This document shows, in pieces, positions 21,125-31,747 of a stretch of DNA of 64,000 bases (position 1 is the stretch's first letter; each line of letters begins with the position of its first letter). This DNA is from Meiothermus sp. (GTDB lineage: Bacteria > Deinococcota > Deinococci > Deinococcales > Thermaceae), in NCBI GenBank assembly GCA_033762915.1, contig JANRLD010000013.1, positions 58,547 through 122,546 of the forward strand, given 5' to 3'. The notes beneath the pieces were generated by a model. The model was not told the DNA's origin and made no database searches. It worked only from the letters and a program-made list of their open reading frames with translations. The position numbers and the translations under genes are program-made.

Positions 21125-22222
21125 ATGCCTCAACGGATCATGCTGGTTTACACCAAGGCGGGTGGGGGCCACTTCTCGCTGGCCCAGACCCTGCACCGCG
21201 CCATCACCAAGCTCGACCCCGAGGCCGAGGTGATGCTGTTTAACTTCTTCGATGCAGGGCCGCGCTGGATCGCCCAGGCCATCGAGGAAGGGTACAACTT
21301 CACCGTCAACAAGCAGCGCTGGATTTTTACCGTGCTTTCAGCCTTTAACAACACCAAGTTGCAGTTCGACACCATCTACCGGGTCATCGGGACGCGGCTG
21401 GGGCGGGCGGTTAACGACAAGCTCGAGGCCTTCAAGCCTGACAAGATCATCTACTGCTACCCCGCCAACCACGGCGTCCGCCGTCTGCGCTACTACAAGC
21501 AGCACAAGCCCAAGACCCTGACCGTAGTGAGCGACTTCTACTCCCCGCACCTCTACTGGTTCATAGACACCAAGGACCAGTACGTGGTGGCCAGCGTGGA
21601 CGCCTACACCATCGCCCGCCGCCACCGGGTGCCGGCCGAGAACCTGCACTTCTTCCAGAACCTGATCGACCCCCGCTACGCCGAGCCGATGCCCGACACC
21701 GACCTGGTGCAGTTCAAGCGCGACCTCGAGCTGCCCCACCCCTACACGGTGCTGGTCACGGGTGGCGGGCCGGGGCTTAAGGGAACCAAGAGGTACGTCG
21801 AGGCGCTGCTGGGCGTGGAGGGCATCAACATCATCGTGATCTGCGGCTACAACGAGCGGCTCTACGGCCAGCTCGAGGCGATCAAGGCCAGGCGCGGCCT
21901 CGAGCAGCTCAAGCTCTTCAAGTTCACCAAGCAGATGTATGAGCTCATCAACGCCTCCGACGTGGTGATCACCAAGGCTGGGCCAGCCACCATCACCGAG
22001 GTGCTGTCGCAGCACAAAGACCTGATCGTGTGTGACTACATCTGGCCCCAGGAGGCCGGCAATGTCGAGATGATCCAGCGCGAGAAGCTGGGCCACTTCA
22101 TCCGCAAGCCCCGCGAGATCGCCGCCAAAGTGGCCGAACTCAAGGCCCAGCGCAAGGAGCGCCGCACGGTTTCGCTCACCAACGACCTGACCCGGCTGGC
22201 GCAGTACATTTTGGAGCTGTAA
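21125..22222 (+). CDS. MGDG-synthase/UgtP-like glycosyltransferase (GT28)
   Basis: GGGH, TVVSD...H..W, TGGG.G, ICG.N, ITKAGP.TI.E, PQE.GN motifs; start 21125 or 21107. Confidence 0.85.
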   Translation: MPQRIMLVYTKAGGGHFSLAQTLHRAITKLDPEAEVMLFNFFDAGPRWIAQAIEEGYNFTVNKQRWIFTVLSAFNNTKLQFDTIYRVIGTRLGRAVNDKLEAFKPDKIIYCYPANHGVRRLRYYKQHKPKTLTVVSDFYSPHLYWFIDTKDQYVVASVDAYTIARRHRVPAENLHFFQNLIDPRYAEPMPDTDLVQFKRDLELPHPYTVLVTGGGPGLKGTKRYVEALLGVEGINIIVICGYNERLYGQLEAIKARRGLEQLKLFKFTKQMYELINASDVVITKAGPATITEVLSQHKDLIVCDYIWPQEAGNVEMIQREKLGHFIRKPREIAAKVAELKAQRKERRTVSLTNDLTRLAQYILEL

Positions 22223-22325
22223 TCGCGTTTCCCACCCTTACCTCCCTCGCGGCGGCAGGTAATGTACTTCCTTAAGCGAAATCCGCCCGCTTTAGCGCCG
22301 TAGAGAGTATCCGTGGGAACCGCTC
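22223..22325 (-). mobile_element. Repeat family A, copy 2
   Basis: TCGCGTTTCCCACCCTTACCTCCCTCGCGGCGGCAGGTAATGTAC...CGTGGGAACCGCTC, immediately after the stop codon of the GT28 gene. Confidence 0.8.
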
Positions 22326-22494
22326 TGAGCTTTCCGTCGCCCCCTGGAGTGCGCCTGCCTTGGCGCTCGAGGGGCTTTTCTTGGGCAAGTCCACCGCCTT
22401 AACGCAACACCCGTCCGTAACGGTTAGGTGAGTCAATCACGATTGTTCACTTTGTATAAGCTCGGTAAGCAAGAAGTCTCGCGGAGGCAACCCT

Positions 22495-24393
22495 ATGAAT
22501 GTCCGACGTCTCAAACAAGCCCTGGCGGTCTCGCTGGTCGCGCTCCTGGCGGCCTGCGGGGGCGGCATCAGCGAGCCACCGGCGGCTGCCCCCGACAGCG
22601 GCTACCTGCTCACGGTCCAGCTCGAGGCTGCCGACACCCGCGAGGCCGTGGCGCAGCGCTACGGCGGCGAAGTGATCGCCTGGCTGGACGGTCAGGCCAT
22701 CCTTAGGATGACCAGCGAGGCGGTAGCCCAGTTGCAGGCCCGCGGCATCTCCATGCAAAACACCACCCTCGAGAGCAACGCCACGACCGAGGCTCCCTCG
22801 GCCACCGCCTCCGGCTGGAACGCCTGGGGCAGCGGCTGGAACGCCTGGGGCAGCGGCTGGAATGCCTGGGGCAGCGGCTGGAATGCCTGGTCGAACGGCA
22901 CCAGCCTGATCCCCACCATCCCCACCGAGAACCGCAGTGCGATGCGCCAGATCAACCTGGGCAGAGCCCTGGCCCTCTCCTCCTACTTTGGCGACTGGAA
23001 CGGCAGCTACGGCATGGTGGCGGTAATCGACACCGGCATCGACACCGCCCACCCCATGTTCCAGGGTCGCCTGGCCGACGCGACCCTCTGGAAGGACTTC
23101 GTGGACGGTGATAACAATCCCCAGGAGGTCGCGGGCACCCATTTCGGGCACGGCACCGCGGTAGCCGGGATCATCGCCCAGGTTGTACCCAGGGCCAAAA
23201 TCCTGCCCATCCGGGTGCTCGGCTCGAACGGCGTGGGCAATGTGGCCAACGTGATCTCGGCTATCCAGTGGGCGGCCGATAACGGGGCCTGGGTAATCAA
23301 CCTCTCGCTGGGCGCTACCACCAACGTGGCGGCCCTGAGAACCATGGTGGAGTACGCCACCAGCCGCAACATTTACGTGGTGGCCTCCTCGGGCAACACC
23401 GGCAACACCAACATAACCTTCCCCGCCGCCTTGGCCACCTCTGCCACCAACAACCAGTTCTTGATCAGCGTGGGCAGCGTCAACTCGAGCGGCACCCGCT
23501 CCTCGTTCTCGACCTCGGGCAGCAGCCTGGAGTTCATGGCTCCCGGCGAGCAGATCTACAGCGCCTACCCGGGCAACCGGGTCGGCTTCTTCACCGGCAC
23601 GTCCTTCGCCGCCCCGCTGATCTCCGGCATTCTCAGCATGGGCGTTGCCGACTCCCTGGACGACAGCGTCATATTGGGCCTGCAGTCCTACCTCGTCAAC
23701 TCCACCACCCCCGTCAGCGGGAGCCTCTACGGGCTAGTCAACATGGGCAGATTTATGGCCGAAATGCCCAAATGGATCAATAAGACCGCGTTGCTGGTGG
23801 TCGGCTCAACCCCCCTCGGCCCCAACGACACCGCCATCCACAACCGCCTGCAGGCCCTGGGCTATGTGGTGAGCACCAACACCGCCGGGGTGAGCACCAG
23901 CACCGCCGCCACGTTCAACCTGGTGGTGGTCTCGGCCAGCGCCAGCGCCAGCAGCCTGGGCACCAAGCTACAGGGCATTGAGGTTCCGGTGGTGGTGATG
24001 AACAACGCCGTGCTGGGCAACATGCGGATGACCGGGACGGCGGCCTCGACCGACTACGGCAGCGTGAGCACCCAGACCCAGGTGCAGATGCTCAGCACCA
24101 ACAGCACCCACCCCCTGGCGGCGGGCCTGACCGGCGCCCTCACGGTGTTCGGCAGCTCGGATCAGGTCAACTGGGGCAGGCCCTCCTCGAGCGCGGCCTC
24201 GGTGGCGACCCCCACCACCAGCTCGAGCGTAGCGGCCATCTTCGGCTACGACCAGGGGGCCAGCATGGTCGGCCTGACCGCTCCGGCCCGCCGAGTGGGC
24301 TTCTTCCTGGGCAGCACCGGGGGCGGCAAGCTCAATGCCAACGGCGGCCTGCTCTTCGACGCTGCGGTCACCTGGGCGGTCTCGGGCAATTAA
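22495..24393 (+). CDS. Subtilisin-family (S8) serine protease lipoprotein with extra C-terminal domain
   Basis: Lipobox LAAC; catalytic motifs VIDTG, HGT and GTSFA; INLSLG; RBS GGAGG. Confidence 0.92.
   Translation: MNVRRLKQALAVSLVALLAACGGGISEPPAAAPDSGYLLTVQLEAADTREAVAQRYGGEVIAWLDGQAILRMTSEAVAQLQARGISMQNTTLESNATTEAPSATASGWNAWGSGWNAWGSGWNAWGSGWNAWSNGTSLIPTIPTENRSAMRQINLGRALALSSYFGDWNGSYGMVAVIDTGIDTAHPMFQGRLADATLWKDFVDGDNNPQEVAGTHFGHGTAVAGIIAQVVPRAKILPIRVLGSNGVGNVANVISAIQWAADNGAWVINLSLGATTNVAALRTMVEYATSRNIYVVASSGNTGNTNITFPAALATSATNNQFLISVGSVNSSGTRSSFSTSGSSLEFMAPGEQIYSAYPGNRVGFFTGTSFAAPLISGILSMGVADSLDDSVILGLQSYLVNSTTPVSGSLYGLVNMGRFMAEMPKWINKTALLVVGSTPLGPNDTAIHNRLQALGYVVSTNTAGVSTSTAATFNLVVVSASASASSLGTKLQGIEVPVVVMNNAVLGNMRMTGTAASTDYGSVSTQTQVQMLSTNSTHPLAAGLTGALTVFGSSDQVNWGRPSSSAASVATPTTSSSVAAIFGYDQGASMVGLTAPARRVGFFLGSTGGGKLNANGGLLFDAAVTWAVSGN
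22810..22890 (+). repeat. 21-bp tandem repeat (about 4 units) encoding SGWNAWG
   Basis: (AGC/TCC)GGCTGGAAYGCCTGGGGC repeated in frame in the S8 gene. Confidence 0.95.
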
Positions 24394-24409
24394 GGGCGGT
24401 TCCCACGAG

Positions 24410-24442
24410 TACCCGGCACGGCGCTGTTTGCCGTGCCGGGTA
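24410..24442. terminator. Hairpin between converging genes
   Basis: TACCCGGCACGGC...GCCGTGCCGGGTA. Confidence 0.65.
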
Positions 24443-24449
24443 TGTTGTT

Positions 24450-25358
24450 TCACAACCGCCCAACCTCATCAAAAACCGCTGTGGCTGGACGGGGCTGCCA
24501 ACCCAAGGCCCTAGCCCGTGCTGCCGAAACCCGCATGGTGCTGCCAAAGATGTTGTAGGAACCCTTGCCCAACATCATCAAGACTTGCTGCCAAAGGGGG
24601 TTTTTGACCTCGAGTTGCCCGCCATAGCCCAATCGCTTAGAAATGGCCTCAAGGAGTTGTTTTTGGGTAATAAACGGCTCTGCGACCGCGTTTAGCAAGC
24701 TGCCCGGCTTGGCTTTTTCCAGCATCAGCAGGTATAAATCAGCCACGTCCTCGAGGTGTACCAATGACAGTGGATTACTGCCATTCCCGGTCATCCGCAC
24801 CTTACCTAGGCCACGGCTCATTGCTAACACCTGACTTACTGGCCCGCTTCCCCTGCCGAACACGATAGCGGGTCGTATTGCCATACCCCGGACGCTGCTC
24901 GAGTTCAACACATTGTTTTCAGCCTGAGCCAAACCGGTAATCATCGGTGGGGCTTGTACCGGGGTGTCTTCATCCACCACGCGGCTGCCCGTATCACGGT
25001 AAGCCCCAGTGCCTCCAGTGACAATCAGGGGCTTGCCGCTGCCCTCTAAACCCTTGAGAAAGGCTGTTACCGAGTCCAGTTGCAGCTTACTCGAGGCTTG
25101 CATCTGGGTCATAAAGTTGGCGCTGGGGTCAAAGCGCATCTGAGCGAGGTGAATCACCCCGTCGGTTTGTTGGGCAGTTTTGCTCAGCACTTCTGAGTTT
25201 GATAATGCGCCCATTACCGTTTGATAACCGAGTTTCTCGAGCTTGTTTTGTGCTGCATGGTTCCGGGCTAAGGCCACAACCACGTGGCCTGCTTGATGCA
25301 GTTTTTCTGCCACCACACTGCCGATATAGCCTGTTGCTCCAGTCAAAAACACCTTCAT
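24450..25358 (-). CDS. NAD-dependent epimerase/dehydratase family (atypical SDR)
   Basis: MKVFLTGATGYIG Rossmann motif, VIHLA, IRPAIVFG, VHLEDVADLY; RBS GGAGG before ATG 25358. Confidence 0.9.
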   Translation of the reverse strand: MKVFLTGATGYIGSVVAEKLHQAGHVVVALARNHAAQNKLEKLGYQTVMGALSNSEVLSKTAQQTDGVIHLAQMRFDPSANFMTQMQASSKLQLDSVTAFLKGLEGSGKPLIVTGGTGAYRDTGSRVVDEDTPVQAPPMITGLAQAENNVLNSSSVRGMAIRPAIVFGRGSGPVSQVLAMSRGLGKVRMTGNGSNPLSLVHLEDVADLYLLMLEKAKPGSLLNAVAEPFITQKQLLEAISKRLGYGGQLEVKNPLWQQVLMMLGKGSYNIFGSTMRVSAARARALGWQPRPATAVFDEVGRL

Positions 25359-25370
25359 GGTTTCCTCCAC

Positions 25371-25388
25371 ATGTTTAGTTCTAAACAT
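25371..25388. promoter_or_regulatory. Palindromic operator (probable MarR site) upstream of the epimerase
   Basis: ATGTTTAG-TT-CTAAACAT; same motif at 25821 and 25842. Confidence 0.75.
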
Positions 25389-25408
25389 TTTGGTAAGCTG
25401 ATGACGGT

Positions 25409-25819
25409 TTAGCCGATCTTCTGCAAAAGCAGGTGGAACTGCTCGAGTTCTTCAGGGCTGAGTTGGGCAAACTGCGAGCGCACAAAGCTGCGGTACTCCG
25501 GCAGCATCTCATCGATTAGTTGGCGGCCTGTGGGGGTTAGCTCGAGGGCAAACGCCGCGCCCTGGGCCGTGCGAGCAAGAAGACCATCCCCCTCTAGCTT
25601 GCCCAGCAGTTGCGAGACATTGCCCTTGGTCACACCCAGTCGCTCGGCTAAGTCTTGCTGTACCAAACCTGGTTTCTGATAGACCTGCATCAACACCTCA
25701 AACTGCGCCGCACTCAGACCCCGCTCCCGCAACCGTTCCCCACCCTCGCGGCTGACCCTTTGCACAATCTGCACCATTTTGCTCCAAACGTTTGTGGGTG
25801 ACACTCGAGGGTTTTTCAT
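25409..25819 (-). CDS. MarR family transcriptional regulator
   Basis: GLS.AQF.VL, Q.DLAERLGVTKGNVSQLL.KLE..GL..R, LTPTG; 136 aa. Confidence 0.93.
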   Translation of the reverse strand: MKNPRVSPTNVWSKMVQIVQRVSREGGERLRERGLSAAQFEVLMQVYQKPGLVQQDLAERLGVTKGNVSQLLGKLEGDGLLARTAQGAAFALELTPTGRQLIDEMLPEYRSFVRSQFAQLSPEELEQFHLLLQKIG

Positions 25820-25820
25820 A

Positions 25821-25871
25821 ATGTTTAGCTCTAAACATTTTTAGTTTAGAGCTAAACATAATAGATGTCAA
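25821..25871 (-). promoter_or_regulatory. marR promoter with two palindromic operators
   Basis: TTGACA (25871-25866)-N17-TAAACT (25848-25843); operators ATGTTTAG-CT-CTAAACAT (25821-25838) and AGTTTAG-AG-CTAAACAT (25843-25859). Confidence 0.8.
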
Positions 25872-25898
25872 AAACCCCTCGAGACTCTCGAGGGGTTT
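25871..25898 (-). terminator. Intrinsic terminator after aceF
   Basis: AAACCCCTCGAGA-CT-CTCGAGGGGTTT hairpin followed by a U-tract on the minus strand. Confidence 0.75.
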
Positions 25899-25934
25899 GT
25901 CTTTTGCTACCCGCTACCCGCCAACAGCTACCTG

Positions 25935-27326
25935 CTATCCCTCAAACCCCAACAAGAAGGGGTCTTCGAGCATCTCGGCGATAAAGCGGCAGAAGCGGGC
26001 GGCGTCGGCCCCGTCGATCAGGCGGTGGTCGTAGGAGAGCGAGAAGGGCATGATGTTCTTGGGCTCAAAAGCCCCCTTCTCGGCGTTCCAAACCGGTTCA
26101 ATTGCGCCCCTCGAGACCCCCATGATCGCCACCTCAGGCCAGTTGACAATCGGCGTAAAGCCCGTCCCGCCGATGCCCCCAAGGTTGGAGATGGTGAAGG
26201 AAGCCCCCTGCATTTCGTCCGGGGTGAGTTTGCGGTCTCGAGCCTTCGCCGCAATCTCGCCCAACTCAGCCGCCAAGGTAATCACACCCTTCTTGTCCAC
26301 GTCCCGAATCACAGGAACCAGCAAGCCTGTGGGGGTGTCCACCGCCACGCTGATGTGGATGTAGTCCTTGAAGATGACCTCGTTGGTGGCGGTGTCGATC
26401 GAGGCGTTGAACTTGGGGAAAGCCTTCAGCGCGGCGGCGGCGATCTTGAGCAGGATCGCGGTCATGGTGACCTTGGCCCCGCGCTTCTCGGCCCTGGGGT
26501 TGATCCGCTTGCGCAGCGCCTCCATCTCGGTGATGTCGGCCTTGTCGAACTGGGTCACCATGGGGATGGTGCTCCAGGCCTGGGCCATGGAGCGCACGGT
26601 GGCGCGGCGGATGCCGGACATGGCCTCGCGGCGCACCGGGCCGAACTTGGTGAAGTCCGGCAGGGCTGGGGTTGCGGGGGCCGGGGCGGCCGGGGCCGCG
26701 GGCACTGCAGGGGCGGTGCCGCCCGCCGCGTAGCGCTTCACGTCGGTCTCGGAGATGCGGTGGGCGGGGCCGGAGCCCATCACGTCCGTCAGGCTGACGC
26801 CCATCTCGCGGGCCAGCCGCCGCACGCTGGGCGCCGCCGGGATCAGCCTGCGCTGGCCTGCCGGGGCCGAGGCGTAGGGGCCGGAGGCGGCCCTGGGGGC
26901 CTTCAGCGGCGCTTCGGCCGGGTTGGCCGCGCTCACCGGCTTGTCGGAGGGCGGGGCCTGCACCGGGGGCGCGTCCGGGGGCAAGGTGGCCCCGCCGGTC
27001 GCGCGGGCCAGCGCGGCGCCCTCGTTGTCGGGGCTGCCCTGCTTGGGGTCAGGCGCTAAAGCGGGCGCCGGGGCCTGCGCGGCGGGCGCCCCGGCCCCGC
27101 CCAGCACTGCGATCACCTGCCCGCTCTTGACTTCGTCGCCGGCCTTGACCATCACCTTGGAGACCGTTCCGCCCTCGGAAGCGGGGGCCTCCATGACCGC
27201 CTTGTCGGTCTCGAGTTCCAGCACCGGCTGACCCGCCGTGACGGTGTCGCCCTCCTTGATCAAGACCCCCACCACCACGGCGGAGGCCACGTTGTCGCCC
27301 AGGTCAGGTAGTTTCAGTTCAGCCAT
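25935..27326 (-). CDS. aceF: Pyruvate dehydrogenase E2, dihydrolipoamide acetyltransferase
   Basis: Lipoyl motif ETDKA, E3-binding [10 protein letters not shown], catalytic DHRLIDG. Confidence 0.96.
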   Translation of the reverse strand: MAELKLPDLGDNVASAVVVGVLIKEGDTVTAGQPVLELETDKAVMEAPASEGGTVSKVMVKAGDEVKSGQVIAVLGGAGAPAAQAPAPALAPDPKQGSPDNEGAALARATGGATLPPDAPPVQAPPSDKPVSAANPAEAPLKAPRAASGPYASAPAGQRRLIPAAPSVRRLAREMGVSLTDVMGSGPAHRISETDVKRYAAGGTAPAVPAAPAAPAPATPALPDFTKFGPVRREAMSGIRRATVRSMAQAWSTIPMVTQFDKADITEMEALRKRINPRAEKRGAKVTMTAILLKIAAAALKAFPKFNASIDTATNEVIFKDYIHISVAVDTPTGLLVPVIRDVDKKGVITLAAELGEIAAKARDRKLTPDEMQGASFTISNLGGIGGTGFTPIVNWPEVAIMGVSRGAIEPVWNAEKGAFEPKNIMPFSLSYDHRLIDGADAARFCRFIAEMLEDPFLLGFEG

Positions 27327-27415
27327 TGTTGCTCCCTTTGGTCGCGTTTAGAGCCCAGAGTCGAGGGTCAAGGGGTTTGTTGAATTCACCGTCGGGCCTC
27401 GACCCTGGACGCGCT

Positions 27416-30151
27416 TTAGCGCTTGTGCGGCTGCTCCCGCTTGGGGTCGATCCCCAGCTTCTTGATGGCCTCGGTGATGGCGTTGGCGTTGACCTTGCCC
27501 TCGGCCCGGAGGCTGCTGAGGGCGGCGACCACGACGCTCTTGGCGTCCACCTCGAAGAAGTCGCGCAGGGCCTCTCTGGTCTCGGAGCGCCCGTAGCCGT
27601 CGGTGCCCAGGGTATGGATGGGGCGGGCGAGGTAGCCCGAGATGGCGTCGGGCAGCACCTTCATATAGTCCGAGGCGGCCACGATGGGGCCTTCGGTGGG
27701 GTTGAGGCACTGGGCCGCGTAGGGCGTTTTGGCCTTGGCGGTGGGGTTGAGGCGGTTGGCGCGGGCGGTCTCTATGGCGTCGAAGTAGAGCGCCTTGTAG
27801 CTGGTCACGCTCCAGACGTCGGCGGCAATGCCGTAGTCCTTCTCGAGCATCTCGCTGGCCTTGATCACCTCGTTCAGGATGGTCCCGCTGCCCAGCAGCT
27901 GCACCCGCGCCTTGGGCTTCTTCAGCTCGCTCTTCTTGAAAAGGTACATGCCCCTGAGGATGCCTTCCCGGGTGGCCTCCCTCGGCTCGGGCATGGCGGG
28001 CTGGATGTAGTTCTCGTTCATCAGGGTGATGTAGTAGAAGATGTCCTCGCCGTCGTGGTACATCCGCTTGAGGCCGTCCTGCAGGATGGTCGCCAGCTCG
28101 TAGGCGAAGGCGGGGTCGTAGGCGGGCATGTTGGGGACGGGCAGGGCCTGGACGTGGGAGTGGCCGTCCTCGTGCTGGAGGCCCTCGCCGTTGAGGGTGG
28201 TGCGGCCAGCCGTCGCGCCCAGCATGAAGCCCTTGGTGCGCTGGTCGCCCGCCGCCCACACCAGGTCGCCGACGCGCTGGAGGCCGAACATCGAGTAGTA
28301 GATGTAGAAGGGGATGGTGGGGACGCCGAAGTTGGCGTAGGCGGTGCCCGCAGCGATGAAGCTGCTCATCGCGCCCGCCTCGTTGATGCCCTCCTGCAGC
28401 AGTTGGCCGGTCTCGCTCTCGCGGTAGACGGTCACGGTGCCCGCGTCCACCGGCGTGTAGAGCTGGCCCTTGGGCGAGTAGATGCCCACCGAGCTGATCA
28501 CGCCCTCCATGCCGAAGGTACGGGCCTCGTCGGGCACGATGGGCACCACGTACTTGCCCACCTCGGGGTGGCGCACCAGCTTGGTCAGTATGCGCACGAA
28601 GGCCATCGTGGTGGAGATCTCGCGCCCGCCGGAGCCCGCCAAGAACTCCTCGAAGAAGGCCGCGTCGGGGGTGTTCAGCTTGTAGTCGCGCACCCGCCGC
28701 TCGGGGATCAGTCCGCCCAGCGCCTTGCGCCTCGAGAGCATGTACCGCACCTCCGGCGAGTCGGGGCCGGGGTGGTAGAAGGGGGTCTTCTCGAGGTCCT
28801 CGTCCGAGACCGGGATGCCCAGGAAGTCGCGCGCCTCGCGCAGGTCGTCGAGGGTCAGCTTCTTGACCTGGTGGGCCACGTTCTTGGCCTGGGCGGTGGG
28901 GCCGAGGCCGTAGCCCTTGACCGACCGCGCGATGATGACCGTGGGCGAGCCCCGGTGGTCGGCGGCGGCCTTGTAGGCGGTGTAGATCTTGTGCTTGTCG
29001 TGGCCGCCCCGCGAGAGGGTGAGGCGGTCGAGGTCGTCGTCGTCGAGCCCCTCGATCAGCTTTTGCAGCTCGGGAGTGTTGAAGAACTTCTCGCGCAGCT
29101 CCTTGGCCCCGTAGGCGGCGTAGCGCTGGCTCTCACCGTCCACCAGCCGCTCCATCCGCTCCAGCAGCACGCCCTCGGTGTCGCGGGCGAAGAGGTCGTC
29201 CCAGGCCGAGCCCCAGACCAGCTTGATCACGTTCCAGCCGTTGCCGCGGTAGATGCTCTCGAGCTCTTGGATCACTTTGGAGTTGCCGCGCACCGGCCCG
29301 TCGAGGCGCTGGAGGTTGGCATTAATGACGAAGATCAGGTTGTCCAGCTCCTCCGAGGCCGCCACCCGCAGCCCGCCCAGGGTCTCGACCTCGTCCTGCT
29401 CGCCGTCGCCCAGGAAGGCCCAGATTTTGGCGTCGGACCTGGGCCGCAGGCCCCGGTCCTCGAGGTAGCGCAGGAAGCGGGCCTGGTAGATGGCCTGGAG
29501 CGGCCCCAGCCCCATGCTCACCGTGGGGAACTCCCAGTAGTCGGGCATCAGCCAGGGGTGGGGGTAGCTCGACAGCCCCCGGCCCGGCCCCCCCAGCAGC
29601 TCGCGGCGGAACTTGCCCAGGTCTTCGGCCGAGAAGCGGCCCTCCAGAAAGCTGCGCCCGTAGACGCCCGGCGACATGTGCCCCTGGAAAAACACCTTGT
29701 CGTGATCGAGCCCTGAAGGGTCGGTGTCCTGGCCCCGGAAGAAGTGGTTGAAGCCCATCTCCATCAGCTCGGCGATCGAGGCGTAGGTGGAGATGTGCCC
29801 CCCCACCCCGTCGGCCTTCTTGTTGGCCTGCTGCACGATGGCGATGGTGTTCCATCTCAGGATGTTGGCGACCCGCTGCTCCATCTCCATGTCGCCGGGG
29901 TAGGCGGGCTGGTCCTCGACGGGGATGGTGTTGACGTAGGGGGTGTTGACCTTGTCGTGGATCACCACCCCGTGGCGGTAGGCGTAGTTCTCCAGCATCT
30001 CCATGAGCTGGGCCACCCGGTCGCGCCCGGCGGTCTTAAGGACGTACTCGAGGCTCTGCGTCCACTCCCGGTTCTCCAGGTCCTCGAGGCCCACCTGCTC
30101 CTCGGCGGACAGCCCGGCGCGGGCAGCGATTAGTTCGCGGTCTTCAACCAT
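27416..30151 (-). CDS. aceE: Pyruvate dehydrogenase E1, homodimeric type
   Basis: [62 protein letters not shown]. Confidence 0.97.
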   Translation of the reverse strand: MVEDRELIAARAGLSAEEQVGLEDLENREWTQSLEYVLKTAGRDRVAQLMEMLENYAYRHGVVIHDKVNTPYVNTIPVEDQPAYPGDMEMEQRVANILRWNTIAIVQQANKKADGVGGHISTYASIAELMEMGFNHFFRGQDTDPSGLDHDKVFFQGHMSPGVYGRSFLEGRFSAEDLGKFRRELLGGPGRGLSSYPHPWLMPDYWEFPTVSMGLGPLQAIYQARFLRYLEDRGLRPRSDAKIWAFLGDGEQDEVETLGGLRVAASEELDNLIFVINANLQRLDGPVRGNSKVIQELESIYRGNGWNVIKLVWGSAWDDLFARDTEGVLLERMERLVDGESQRYAAYGAKELREKFFNTPELQKLIEGLDDDDLDRLTLSRGGHDKHKIYTAYKAAADHRGSPTVIIARSVKGYGLGPTAQAKNVAHQVKKLTLDDLREARDFLGIPVSDEDLEKTPFYHPGPDSPEVRYMLSRRKALGGLIPERRVRDYKLNTPDAAFFEEFLAGSGGREISTTMAFVRILTKLVRHPEVGKYVVPIVPDEARTFGMEGVISSVGIYSPKGQLYTPVDAGTVTVYRESETGQLLQEGINEAGAMSSFIAAGTAYANFGVPTIPFYIYYSMFGLQRVGDLVWAAGDQRTKGFMLGATAGRTTLNGEGLQHEDGHSHVQALPVPNMPAYDPAFAYELATILQDGLKRMYHDGEDIFYYITLMNENYIQPAMPEPREATREGILRGMYLFKKSELKKPKARVQLLGSGTILNEVIKASEMLEKDYGIAADVWSVTSYKALYFDAIETARANRLNPTAKAKTPYAAQCLNPTEGPIVAASDYMKVLPDAISGYLARPIHTLGTDGYGRSETREALRDFFEVDAKSVVVAALSSLRAEGKVNANAITEAIKKLGIDPKREQPHKR

Positions 30152-30367
30152 GCGGCACTCCTTTTTGGCGAAAGTAGGCTAGTGTACTGCGGTTAGCTCG
30201 TCCTGTGTGGGGGCTGTGGGGGGTTTAGAGGCCGCCCCCCGGCCCTCGGCCCTCTGTTTTTTCCCCTCGTGCTTCGGCGTTTTGGGCCCCGGCGCCAGGC
30301 CCGCGACATCTTTGTTATCGGCCTTACATTACAGCACCTCTCGAGCGGAAAAAACGTAAGGAAGTAT

Positions 30368-30406
30368 GTTTTTTACACAGTATAAAAAACTTTTACCAAA
30401 TGGCAA
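30368..30406 (-). promoter_or_regulatory. Putative aceE promoter overlapped by an inverted repeat
   Basis: TTGCCA-N16-TATACT on the minus strand; GTTTTTTA-N7-TAAAAAAC (30368-30390) covers the -10. Confidence 0.5.
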
Positions 30407-30420
30407 AATGGTACAGAGAT

Positions 30421-30454
30421 AAACCCCGTACCCAACGGGCCGTACGGGGTTTTT
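30421..30454. terminator. Intrinsic terminator-like hairpin
   Basis: AAACCCCGTAC...GTACGGGGTTTTT. Confidence 0.6.
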
Positions 30455-30675
30455 CAAAACCGCGCTCGAGGCGCCCCACAAGGCCGCAGGCTCCGCCCCG
30501 CCGGCCAACCCCGGGCGCCACTGCCCGGACTGCGGTCGGACAAAACCCCCGCAGGAGGTACTTGGGGCGGTTCCCGCCCTTAGGCCTCATGCGGCGCTGA
30601 AGCGGGCGCTGAGGTGGGCATAACATACCCCGCACGTCCGGGGCTTGACGTGCGGGGCATTGGTGGGAGCTGCGG

Positions 30676-31389
30676 TCAGTTGGAGGGCGGAGGTGCGGTT
30701 ACGGTGCGGCCCAGGAGGTTGGTCGCGCTGACCAGCAGGCCGGAGCCGACCGCCGCGACCCGACAACTGGCCAGGAGGCTGGCGTTGACCGTGACCAGCC
30801 GGCCCCCAGCGGCGTAGCCCTTGGTGCAGTCCTCGGTGGCCAGGCTCGAGACCCCCAGACTGGGGTTGGCGCTTAGGGCATCTCTGGCGGCCTGATAGAC
30901 GGCCTGGGCGTAGTCGAGGGTGAGGGTGTGGATCTGCTCCTGGGCCTCGAGGGGTGTCTTGACAAAGGTCAGGAACCAGCGGCCCTGGCTGTAGGAGAGG
31001 TTGGTGCTGCCCGAGATGGGAAGGCAGGTGCTCGAGGTGAGGGTGTAGTCGACCTTGGCGCTGTTGGGCCCCAGCACGCTCTTGTCCACCGCGATGGCGC
31101 TAAGGGGGCAGCCCAGGGTGTATTCGCGGGCCACCTTGCCCCAGAACACCGCCTCGTCCTGGCGGGTGATACGCACGATCTTGTTGAGGGTGTCCAGCTC
31201 GGCGGGCAGGATGTAACCCCTGGCCTGGGCGTGCTGTCCGCTGTGCAGGGCGGAGAGGAAGTTGAAGGTGACCAGGCGGGGCTGGTTGGGGTCGAAGGGC
31301 TCGGTGTTGATGGTGTCGTTGGCGCCGGAGCCGCAGGCCGCCAGCAGCGCCAGCAGGCCCGGCCCTAAAACCCGAAAGAGTGTGGTCAT
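30676..31389 (-). CDS. Lipoprotein: NTF2-like domain plus C-terminal domain resembling a Thermus-type pilin head
   Basis: Lipobox LAAC; 'F..AL..G....A' and 'A.V.Y...G...L....GRW' pattern; C-terminal YAQAVYQAA...DCTKGY...SC.V. Hairpin CCCCGCACGTC/GACGTGCGGGG at 30627-30657 downstream. Confidence 0.7.
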   Translation of the reverse strand: MTTLFRVLGPGLLALLAACGSGANDTINTEPFDPNQPRLVTFNFLSALHSGQHAQARGYILPAELDTLNKIVRITRQDEAVFWGKVAREYTLGCPLSAIAVDKSVLGPNSAKVDYTLTSSTCLPISGSTNLSYSQGRWFLTFVKTPLEAQEQIHTLTLDYAQAVYQAARDALSANPSLGVSSLATEDCTKGYAAGGRLVTVNASLLASCRVAAVGSGLLVSATNLLGRTVTAPPPSN

Positions 31390-31620
31390 GGTAATCCTGG
31401 GTGGGCAGACGTAACGCCTAAACCCAACAAACGAAAGCGTCTCCTGTTTACGAATATAGCAACCCAGAGCGGTTTTGTGCGCTATGGTTGGGGGTTACGG
31501 GGGAGTGATTTGGCATTACAAAAGGGGGCTGGGCGTTACGGGGGTTGAGGGGCAGTAACAGACCGTGTTGGCCTTGGCGCGGGCTTCTCGAGGAAACCCG
31601 ACCCCACCCTCAGGGGTTGG

Positions 31621-31653
31621 CTCGAGCGGAGCCAAGACCCCAAAACTCGAGCC
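31621..31653. repeat. CTCGAG-bounded direct repeat (left flank of the RES-Xre module)
   Basis: CTCGAGCGGAGCCAAGACCCCAAAACTCGAGCC; one mismatch versus 32726-32758. Confidence 0.8.
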
Positions 31654-31747
31654 GGGTCGGGAAACCGCAAACCGCAGGGTGCGCTCTGGCACCTCCCAAG
31701 CCGCCTGCCAAATTACTGGTGTAAACGCATCCTACAGGCTGTAGAGG

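Noticed and set aside
27326..29716. 796-aa plus-strand ORF and other long antisense ORFs (e.g. 46843-48972, 60569-61771, 44203-45579, 167-814)
   Set aside because: Shadow frames opposite well-supported genes in high-GC DNA, with no recognisable motifs.
30455..30625. Possible riboswitch or sRNA between two hairpins upstream of aceE
   Set aside because: GC-rich and foldable, but I could not match any known motif; an Rfam scan would be needed.
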